From contig VBDM01000022.1 in NCBI GenBank assembly GCA_005881355.1, positions 1 through 24,805 of the forward strand: a stretch of 24,805 nt of DNA, given 5' to 3'. This DNA is from Betaproteobacteria bacterium (GTDB lineage Bacteria > Pseudomonadota > Gammaproteobacteria > Burkholderiales > SG8-39). A program made the translations under genes and the position numbers. Within the stretch, counting starts at the first letter, position 1. Every line of letters begins with the position of its first letter. Shown in pieces: positions 16,401 to 23,655 of the stretch. The notes beneath the pieces are model-generated. The model made no database searches. It saw only the letters and a program-made list of their open reading frames with translations, and was not told the origin of the DNA.

Positions 16401-17017
16401 GACATTCTCCTTGCGCGGCCGGTGATGATGGTGGGGAAGGTGCGCGGCACGAGAATCACCATCACGATGTGCACCAGCGCGATGAGCACCATCAAGGCCA
16501 TGGCAAAAAAATGTACTAGGCGAGCGCCCTCATAACCGCCCATGAGCCAGGCGATCTCCTGAAACTGCACCGGCTTCCAGATCGCCAGGCCCGAGAGCAC
16601 GAGGACTACGAGGCACAGGATGATCGCGAGATAAGCCGCGCGCTGCGCCGCGTTGTACACCGCGAGGTCGTCGTGCGCGAGCTTGCCGCGCAGGGCGGCG
16701 AGTACGTCGCTCAGCACCGCGCGAGGCGTGAGCGGAAAGAGCTTCCTGCGGAAGTGCCCGGAAAAAATCCCGTAGCCGACATAGACGATGCCGTTCAGCA
16801 CGAGCAGCCACAGGGCGGCGAAGTGCCACTGCAGAGCGCCCGCAAGCCAGCCCCCGAGCGTGAGATCGTTGGGGAATCTGAAGCCGAAGAGCGGCGATGC
16901 GTTGTAGATGCGCCAACCGCTTGCGACCATGATGAGGATCGCGAACGCGTTGATCCAGTGCGTGACGCGCACGACGAGCGGATGGACCTTCACCCATTGC
17001 GCCTGCGCTGCTTCCAT
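16397..17017 (-). CDS. Cytochrome b/b6-domain membrane protein (Ni/Fe-hydrogenase b-type cytochrome family), partner of the Mo enzyme
   Basis: SD GGAGG before ATG 17017; four TM segments with four His (THW, WHF, LVHF, LVHI); YNAAQRAAY; ATGA overlap with the Mo-enzyme gene. Confidence 0.85.
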   Translation of the reverse strand: MEAAQAQWVKVHPLVVRVTHWINAFAILIMVASGWRIYNASPLFGFRFPNDLTLGGWLAGALQWHFAALWLLVLNGIVYVGYGIFSGHFRRKLFPLTPRAVLSDVLAALRGKLAHDDLAVYNAAQRAAYLAIILCLVVLVLSGLAIWKPVQFQEIAWLMGGYEGARLVHFFAMALMVLIALVHIVMVILVPRTFPTIITGRARRMS

Positions 17018-17070
17018 CGTAGCCTCCGCTCGCCGCCTCACCCGCGTTGGTCGGAGGAACAGATTACACC

Positions 17071-18216
17071 TTACAGCGCCTGCCTTCTATCGCCTTCGCG
17101 AAACCCCAGGAGCGGTGCGGCAAATTGCCGTCCGAGCGCAATCACCTTGAAGAGCTCCCCCATCTCCGCCGGGCTCATCAGCCGGTTCGCCTGATTGGCG
17201 AGCGGCAGGAACCTCGCCCCGTCCTCGGGCGGCGTCCTCGACATCACCTCGGCGATGCCGCAGTTGACGAGGAACTGCGCCTGGCCGGTATAGCCGAGCA
17301 GCTCCAGTCCGCCCGCGCGCGCAGACTTCGCGATCGCGCTGAAATCGACGTGGCTGGTGATGTCCTGGAGCCCCGGAAGGAAGAAGGGATCGGCGTGCGC
17401 ATGATGGCGGTAATGACACATGAGCGTCCCGTCCTTGCGCTGCGGATGGTAGAACTCCTTTTCCGGGAAGCCGTAGTCGACGAAAAGCGCCGCACCCTTC
17501 TCCAGCACGCCCGCGAGCGAGCGCATGAAGCCCCGCGCCGCCAATTGAATCTCGGTGCGAAAACCCTCAGGCAATTTGAGCGCCCGTGCCGCATCGAGCG
17601 GCTCGCCCGAGGCGAGCCGCCAGGACCAGTCGAGGCGATCGCTTCGCACGCCGACGCCGCCCTCCTCGACCCTTCCGCGCTGGATGCGAACCACGTGCAC
17701 GGGCATCGCATCCAGCACTTCGTTGCCGAGCACGACGCCGGAAAAGGCTGGCGGCAGGCGGTTGAGCCACGCCACGCGCTCAAGGAGGTGCGGCACCCTC
17801 GCCGCAAGCGTGTCGCGGCTCCTCTCGCGGAGATCGGCGGAGAGCTCGAGGATGAGATAGTTGCGCGGCGTCCCTCCGGAGCGCTCGAGTTCCTCGAGCA
17901 GCGTCGCGGCCAGCGCGCCGCTGCCCGCGCCCACCTCGAGCACCTCGTCGAACCCCGCATCCAGCACCTGCTTCACCTGGCGCGCGAGGGTCTGGCCGTA
18001 GAGCGGCGAAATCTCGGGCGCCGTGACGAAATCCCCGGCCTTGCCGAGCTTTTTTGCGCCGGCGCTGTAGTAGCCTAGCCCCGGCGCGTAAAGCGCGAGC
18101 TCCATGTAGCGCGCGAAGCTGATCCAGCCGCCGCTTGCCGCGATTTCACCGCGGATGTGCTCCGCGACGCGATCGCTGTGCTCGCGCGCCTCCGGCGAGG
18201 GTTCGGGGAGCGACAT
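17071..18216 (-). CDS. SAM-dependent methyltransferase, MidA/NDUFAF7 family
   Basis: ISFARYMELALYAPGLGYY, GDFVTAPEIS, LEVGAGSG, NEVLDAMP, DYGF, DITSHVDF, EMGELFKVI. Confidence 0.92.
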   Translation of the reverse strand: MSLPEPSPEAREHSDRVAEHIRGEIAASGGWISFARYMELALYAPGLGYYSAGAKKLGKAGDFVTAPEISPLYGQTLARQVKQVLDAGFDEVLEVGAGSGALAATLLEELERSGGTPRNYLILELSADLRERSRDTLAARVPHLLERVAWLNRLPPAFSGVVLGNEVLDAMPVHVVRIQRGRVEEGGVGVRSDRLDWSWRLASGEPLDAARALKLPEGFRTEIQLAARGFMRSLAGVLEKGAALFVDYGFPEKEFYHPQRKDGTLMCHYRHHAHADPFFLPGLQDITSHVDFSAIAKSARAGGLELLGYTGQAQFLVNCGIAEVMSRTPPEDGARFLPLANQANRLMSPAEMGELFKVIALGRQFAAPLLGFREGDRRQAL

Positions 18217-18255
18217 GGGAAGGAGAGAAGAAGTATTCCGGTATCATTCTAGGCC

Positions 18256-19005
18256 ATGCCCGAATCGCTTTCAGGGAAAGTTGTGCTCGTTACCGGCGGC
18301 GCGAAACGCGTCGGCGCGGCGATCGCCCGGCGCCTTCACCGGGAGGGCGCGAACTTGATGCTGCACTACCGGGGATCGGAGCGCGAGGCGAACGCGCTGC
18401 GCGGCGAGTTGAACGCCGCGCGCGCCGATTCCGTGGCGCTGGTGCAGGCCGACCTGCTGGATCTCGCGGGCCTGTCGGAGATCGTGAGGAACACCGTCAA
18501 CCGCTTCGAGCGGCTCGACGCGCTCGTCAACAACGCCTCGACTTTCTTTCCGACGCCGGTCGGGGAGATGACGCAGGCCACCTGGGAGAGCCTGATCGGC
18601 GCGAACCTGCGGGCGCCTCTGTTTCTCTCCCAGGCGGCCGCGCCGCACCTGAAGAAGACCGGCGGCACCATCGTCAACATCACCGATATCCACGCCGAGC
18701 GGCCGCTCAAGAACTACGTCATCTACTCGGTCGCCAAGGCGGGCCTCGTGGGACTCACCCGCTCGCTTGCGCGCGAGCTCGGGCCCGAGGTGCGCGTGAA
18801 CGGCGTGGCGCCGGGCGCCATCATCTGGCCCGAGGACGGCTCGTGGGACGACCTGACGCGCCAGCGCATCGTCTCGCACACGGTCTTGAGGCGCACCGGA
18901 GACCCCGACGATGTCGCCCGCGCCGTGTACTATCTGATAGCCGAAGCGCCTTACGTAACGGGGGAGATCATTGCCGTCGACGGTGGAAGGAGCATCAACC
19001 TATGA
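18256..19005 (+). CDS. Pteridine reductase (FolM/PTR1-like SDR)
   Basis: TGGAKRVGAAIA, LHYRGS, LVNNASTFFPT, IVNITDIHAERP, YSVAK, VNGVAPGAIIWP. Confidence 0.88.
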   Translation: MPESLSGKVVLVTGGAKRVGAAIARRLHREGANLMLHYRGSEREANALRGELNAARADSVALVQADLLDLAGLSEIVRNTVNRFERLDALVNNASTFFPTPVGEMTQATWESLIGANLRAPLFLSQAAAPHLKKTGGTIVNITDIHAERPLKNYVIYSVAKAGLVGLTRSLARELGPEVRVNGVAPGAIIWPEDGSWDDLTRQRIVSHTVLRRTGDPDDVARAVYYLIAEAPYVTGEIIAVDGGRSINL

Positions 19006-19617
19006 AAAAACTCACCCCGCATCTTCCCGATCTCGGTCGCCGCCGTCTCGTGGCGGCCACGCTTGCCGTGGGCACAGGCGCGCTGCTTGGTTCGCGCGCC
19101 GCCCTACTCCTTGCGCAAGAGAGAGCTTTGCGGGCGACGCCCGCGATGACGCTCGGACCTTTCTATCCCGATCGTTTGCCGGCCGAGCAGGACGCCGACC
19201 TCACGGTGATTGCAGGGCGCCCCGGTCGGGCCGCCGGCCAGGTCCTGTATCTCGCCGGCCGCGTTCTGGACACGCGCGGAAAGCCGCTTCCCGGTGCGCG
19301 CCTGGAGCTGTGGCAGGCGAACGCTCACGGACGCTACATCCACAGCGGCGACGGCGACGCCTCCGGCCCGCTCGATCCCAACTTCCCGGGCTACGCTTCG
19401 TTGCGCGCCGACGCCGCGGGGCGGTATTGCATGTGTCGCGAGACTCACCACGCAGATGTTTTTCGAGGGCGAGCGGCTGAACGAGCGCGACGGGCTGTAC
19501 CGAGCCTTGAGCCGGGAGGAACGGCACGCCGCGACCGGCCACTGGGTAGATCGGGCGCCGGACATGGAAGCGGATGCGATCGCCGTCGCCTGGGATATCG
19601 TGCTGGGTCCGACGTAG
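19002..19617 (+). pseudogene. Tat-signal intradiol ring-cleavage dioxygenase (protocatechuate 3,4-dioxygenase-like), internally deleted and frameshifted
   Basis: ATG 19002: LGRRRLV...TLGPFYP...DADLT...GRVLDTRGKPLPGARLELWQANAHGRYIH...DPNF...AGRY ends at 19427. The C-terminus RLTTQMFFEGERLNERD...WDIVL resumes at 19441 in a different frame. The expected TIKPxxY...RxPHIH segment is missing. Confidence 0.85.
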
Positions 19618-19629
19618 GAGCGATCTTCC

Positions 19630-20487
19630 ATGAATGCCCCCGAAAAAATCCATTTCACCCGCAAGCAGCGCTTCGAAGCGGGGAAACTAGAGAAGCGCCT
19701 TTGCCGCCTCGCGGGCGAGGCGATCGCCGACTACGACATGATCCGCGCGGGCGACCGCGTCATGGTATGCCTCTCCGGCGGCAAGGACAGCTACGGGCTG
19801 CTCGACGTGCTCTTGAAGCTGCGCGACCGCGCGCCGGTTTCGTTCGAGCTCGTCGCCGTCAACCTCGACCAGCGCCATCCCGGTTATCCCGAGCACGTGC
19901 TGCCCGACTATCTGTCTTCGCTCGGCATTCCCTATCGCATCGAGGTGCAGGACACGTATTCCGTGGTGAAGCGCGTCGTGCCCGAAGGCGAGACGATGTG
20001 CGGCCTGTGCTCGCGCCTGCGCAGGGGCGTGCTCTACCGCGTCGCGCGCGAATTGGGCGCGACCAAGATCGCGCTCGGCCACCACCGCGACGACATTCTC
20101 GAGACGTTTTTCCTCAACCTCTTCTTCGGCGGCAAGATGAAGGCGATGTCGCCCAAGCTCCAGTCCGACGACGGCCGGCACGTGGTCATCCGCCCGCTCG
20201 CCTACGTCGCGGAAAAGGACCTCGAGGCGTACGCGAAGATCAGGGGCTTTCCCATCATCCCCTGCGACCTGTGCGGCTCGCAGCCGACGCTGCAGCGAAA
20301 GCAGGTGAAGACCATGCTCGCCGAATGGGAGAAGCGCCATCCGGGGCGCGTGGACTCGATGTTTCGCGCGCTCTCGGATCTCGTGCCCTCGCACCTCATG
20401 GACCGGAAGCTCTTCGACTTCGCCGCCGTGCGCGCGACCGGAATGGCAGCCGGGGAAGCCGACACGGCGTTCGACCGCGAGGCCTGA
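19630..20487 (+). CDS. ttcA: tRNA 2-thiocytidine(32) synthetase
   Basis: PP-loop [39 protein letters not shown]. Confidence 0.96.
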   Translation: MNAPEKIHFTRKQRFEAGKLEKRLCRLAGEAIADYDMIRAGDRVMVCLSGGKDSYGLLDVLLKLRDRAPVSFELVAVNLDQRHPGYPEHVLPDYLSSLGIPYRIEVQDTYSVVKRVVPEGETMCGLCSRLRRGVLYRVARELGATKIALGHHRDDILETFFLNLFFGGKMKAMSPKLQSDDGRHVVIRPLAYVAEKDLEAYAKIRGFPIIPCDLCGSQPTLQRKQVKTMLAEWEKRHPGRVDSMFRALSDLVPSHLMDRKLFDFAAVRATGMAAGEADTAFDREA

Positions 20488-20663
20488 AATGTCGTGACAA
20501 GGCGACACCCGGCGCCGCGGAACAATTGGCGGCGCAGGTCTTTCTGCTTTCGTGCCTCGTCAACGCTGTTCCAAGCGCCCGCGTTGAACCAAACGCAGAC
20601 ATCGCGTTCTATCTGGGGAATCTCGGTCGATCGTGTTCTGCTAAAGGACGAGCAAACGCAAAA

Positions 20664-21452
20664 ATGAGGCGCCGCTTGGGAATCGTGGGCTACTTCGTCG
20701 TCGCAGTGTCCGTGGCGCTCGTGCTCGCCATGGTCGGCCGGGTGACCGCCGAGGACTGGCGCACCGCGAGCCAGGAGCCCGTGGGGCTCGCGCCCGACCC
20801 GGCGACCACCCGCGAGGCGGTCGTACAGGTCTACGCCGCCCGCGTCATCGGCTGGCGCGGCGTGTTCGGAGTCCACACCTGGATCGCGGTGAAGCCCGCC
20901 GCCGCAACGCAATACACGGTCTACGAGATCATCGGCTGGCGCCTGCGCTGGCAGGACACGGCGCTCGTGGTGCGGCACCGTGCACCCGACATGCGCTGGT
21001 TCGGATCGGCGCCGGAGCTCGTCGCCGAGAAGCGCGGCGCGGGGGTCGAAGAGCTCATCGCGCGAATCGACAAGGCGGCGCATTCCTATCCCTGGGTGGG
21101 CGAATACACCACGTGGCCCGGGCCGAACTCCAACACTTTCACCGCCTGGGTGCTGCGCGCGGTGCCCGAGCTCGAGGCCGATCTGCCGCCCACCGCGATC
21201 GGCAAGGACTATTCCGGCAAGAAGCTCGTCGGACCCGCCCCGAGCGGGCGCGGCTTCCAGCTCTCGCTCTTCGGCCTCGCCGGCCTCACCGCAAGCGCGG
21301 TCGAGGGCTTCGAGGTGAACGTCCTCGGGCTCACCTTCGGAATCAATCCGTTCGATCCCTCGCTCAAGCTCCCGCTCGTGGGCCGCGTCGGGCTCGCGCG
21401 CACGTTCGCGTCTAGAGCGGACGAAGCCGTCGCAGAGAAAAACGCCCTCTAG
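20664..21452 (+). CDS. DUF3750 domain-containing protein
   Basis: ATG 20664, N-terminal TM/signal; WRTASQEPVGLAPDP...EAVVQVYAAR...WRGVFGVHTWI...WPGPNSNTF...LPPTAIGKDY. Confidence 0.82.
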   Translation: MRRRLGIVGYFVVAVSVALVLAMVGRVTAEDWRTASQEPVGLAPDPATTREAVVQVYAARVIGWRGVFGVHTWIAVKPAAATQYTVYEIIGWRLRWQDTALVVRHRAPDMRWFGSAPELVAEKRGAGVEELIARIDKAAHSYPWVGEYTTWPGPNSNTFTAWVLRAVPELEADLPPTAIGKDYSGKKLVGPAPSGRGFQLSLFGLAGLTASAVEGFEVNVLGLTFGINPFDPSLKLPLVGRVGLARTFASRADEAVAEKNAL

Positions 21453-21467
21453 CCCGCCAGCCGGTTG

Positions 21468-21492
21468 CTAAACAGCGGCGCATGCTGTTTAG
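21468..21492. promoter_or_regulatory. Perfect 9-7-9 inverted repeat (operator or terminator) overlapping the candidate promoter of the MetE-like gene
   Basis: CTAAACAGC-ggcgcat-GCTGTTTAG; overlaps TTGCTA (21465-21470) and TAGTAT (21490-21495). Confidence 0.45.
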
Positions 21493-21535
21493 TATCGGCT
21501 CCATGCGTTCGCGCGAGAAGACTACGAGACCAGGC

Positions 21536-22621
21536 ATGACCCCGGACTCCGTCCGCGAAGTGCTGCTCGTCGGCAGCGTCGGCCTGAGGGACAGCGAAGA
21601 CGTCTTCCGCACAGTGTGCGCGCTGCTCGGTGGGCGCATGAAGCGCATTCCCGACGGCGAGACCGGGCCGCGCAGCTCCTGGGTCGCGCGCCTGCGCTTC
21701 GTGCTCGAAGGCAATCCCGCGTTCGAAGACGATCCGAAAGAGCTCGCCGCCGGCGGCCGCATCACGCATCCCACCGAGGGGACGCGCACCTGGAAAGGCA
21801 GCTCGGTTGTTCCGCGCGGCGCGCCGCCGCCGCCGCGCATGCGCCTGAAGGCCGGTGTCCGTCCGGAGGACATCCGCATCGGCGCGCTCGGCTATCCCGA
21901 AGCGGCGATCGATTCTTACAGGGTTCTTTGCCGCCTGCGCAAGCACGGTGTCGTCCCGAAGCATCTGCGGTTTCAGGTTTCGCTGCCGACCACCGCGGCT
22001 TTTCTGAACGCGCACCTCGTCTACGAGCACCACGCTGTCGTCGAGCCGACCTACCGCGAGCGGCTCTTCGTGGAGCTGAAGGAGATCCTAGCCGCCATCC
22101 CGCACGAAGATCTCGCGATCCAGTGGGACGTCTCGACCGAGATGGGCCAATGGGAAGGCGTGCGCCACGCGCACTTCTCCGACGTGAAGGCGGGCGTCAT
22201 CGAACGGCTCGCCGCTCACTGCAACCGCGTGCCGCGCGATGTGGAGCTCGGCGTGCACCTTTGCTACGGCAGCTACGGCGGACGCCACTGGAAGGAACCG
22301 GAGAGCGCCGCCAACATGGTGGAAGTCCACAACCGCCTCGCAGGGAAGCTCGAGCGGCCGGTCAACTACATTCACATGCCTGTCCCCGTGGATCGCGCGG
22401 ACGATGCCTATTTCAAGCCCCTGCAGGAGATGAAGCTCGCCCATGAGACCAAGCTGTTTCTTGGACTGGTGCACGACAGCGACGGGGTCGAGGGCACGCG
22501 CAAACGCATCGCGGTCGCAGCAAAATACGCGCGCGGCTTCGGCATCGCCGCCGAGTGCGGCTTCGGCCGCCGGCCGCCCGAGACGATCCCGAACCTGCTG
22601 CGCGTGCACGCCGAAGCCTGA
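21536..22621 (+). CDS. UROD/MetE-like superfamily Zn-dependent enzyme (single barrel, function unknown); alternative start ATG 21503
   Basis: LLVGSVGL...RIPDGETGPRSSW, RFQVSLPT, IQWDVSTE, Zn-site-like GVHLCYG and AAECGFGRR. Confidence 0.72.
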   Translation: MTPDSVREVLLVGSVGLRDSEDVFRTVCALLGGRMKRIPDGETGPRSSWVARLRFVLEGNPAFEDDPKELAAGGRITHPTEGTRTWKGSSVVPRGAPPPPRMRLKAGVRPEDIRIGALGYPEAAIDSYRVLCRLRKHGVVPKHLRFQVSLPTTAAFLNAHLVYEHHAVVEPTYRERLFVELKEILAAIPHEDLAIQWDVSTEMGQWEGVRHAHFSDVKAGVIERLAAHCNRVPRDVELGVHLCYGSYGGRHWKEPESAANMVEVHNRLAGKLERPVNYIHMPVPVDRADDAYFKPLQEMKLAHETKLFLGLVHDSDGVEGTRKRIAVAAKYARGFGIAAECGFGRRPPETIPNLLRVHAEA

Positions 22622-22635
22622 GCCAGGGAGAACCC

Positions 22636-23607
22636 ATGAGACGACTCGCGCTGCTCTTCGCAATATTCGCAGCGGGCGGACCCGGCTTGGCGCTCGCGCA
22701 ATCGGCCGCTTGGCCGCAAAAACCGGTGCGCGTCCTGGTGGGGCTCGCACCCGGCGGCAATCCGGACACGCTCGCGCGCATGCTCGCGGCGAATCTGGGC
22801 GGCGCGCTCGGCCAGCAGTTCGTGGTCGAGAACCGTCCAGGCGCGGGGAGCACGGTCGCTGCCGACATCGCCGCGAAGTCCGCGCCCGACGGCTACACCG
22901 TGCTCGTCAGCGACAGCAGCGTCGTCACCATGGCCCCGCACCTGTATAAGTCCCTGCCTTACGATCCGTTCCGCGATCTCGCGCCGGTGACGCTGGCGGT
23001 CGTGGTGCCGATGTGGCTCGTTGCGAGCCCTTCAGTGCCCGCCAATTCCGTTGCGGAGCTGGTGGCGCTTGCCAAGTCGCGCGAGCAGCCCATGCCGTAC
23101 GCGTCCTCGGGCAACGGCTCGATCCACCATATCACGATGGAGAGGTTCAAGACCGAGACCGGCACGGACTTCGCGCATGTGCCCTACAAGGGCGCGGGCC
23201 AGTCGGTGCCGGCGCTGATCGCGGGCGATGTGCTGCTCGGGTTCGTCGGCTACCCGGCGGCGGCGGGCGCGATGAAGTCGGGAAGGCTGAAAGTGCTCGC
23301 GTTCAGCCTCGCAAAGCGTTCCACGCTGACGCCGGATATTCCGACCGTGGCCGAGACCGTCGCGCCGGGATTCGACATGTCCGCGCCGCTAGGCGTGTTC
23401 GTCGCCGCGCGCACCCCGCGCGAGATCGTCGCGAAGCTGGGCAGCGCGGTGAACGCGGCGGTGCGCTCACCCGAGGTCGTCGAGCGCATGGCCGCGATCG
23501 GCATGGAACCTTCAGGCACCACGCCCGAGCAGTACGAGAAAATCCTGCGCGAGGACTACGAGCGGATGGGAAGCTTGATCAGGCGGATCGGGATGCGCTT
23601 GGATTGA
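22636..23607 (+). CDS. Tripartite tricarboxylate transporter substrate-binding protein (Bug/TctC)
   Basis: Signal peptide, WPQKPVRVLVGLAPGGNPD, VVENRPGAG, APDGYT, YASSGNGSIHH, HVPYKGAG. Confidence 0.93.
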   Translation: MRRLALLFAIFAAGGPGLALAQSAAWPQKPVRVLVGLAPGGNPDTLARMLAANLGGALGQQFVVENRPGAGSTVAADIAAKSAPDGYTVLVSDSSVVTMAPHLYKSLPYDPFRDLAPVTLAVVVPMWLVASPSVPANSVAELVALAKSREQPMPYASSGNGSIHHITMERFKTETGTDFAHVPYKGAGQSVPALIAGDVLLGFVGYPAAAGAMKSGRLKVLAFSLAKRSTLTPDIPTVAETVAPGFDMSAPLGVFVAARTPREIVAKLGSAVNAAVRSPEVVERMAAIGMEPSGTTPEQYEKILREDYERMGSLIRRIGMRLD

Positions 23608-23616
23608 GAACCGACC

Positions 23617-23646
23617 TTGACTCGATAGAGGCTGCCCGCGCATGAT
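23617..23646 (+). promoter_or_regulatory. Candidate sigma70 promoter TTGACT-18-CATGAT for dcd
   Basis: -35 at 23617-23622, -10 at 23641-23646, ATG at 23656. Confidence 0.55.
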
Positions 23647-23655
23647 CACGGGCTC

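Noticed and set aside
20488-20663. Possible small gene or ncRNA in the ttcA-DUF3750 spacer (short stems GCGCCGC/GCGGCGC and TCAACGC/GCGTTGA; ORF 20396..20602)
   Set aside because: Stems of 7 bp are expected by chance at this GC. The ORF has no RBS or motif and overlaps ttcA antisense.
18135-21452. 1105-aa ORF as a real multidomain protein
   Set aside because: It is a composite of an off-frame stretch of pteridine reductase, the dioxygenase 5' half, an off-frame pass over ttcA, and DUF3750.
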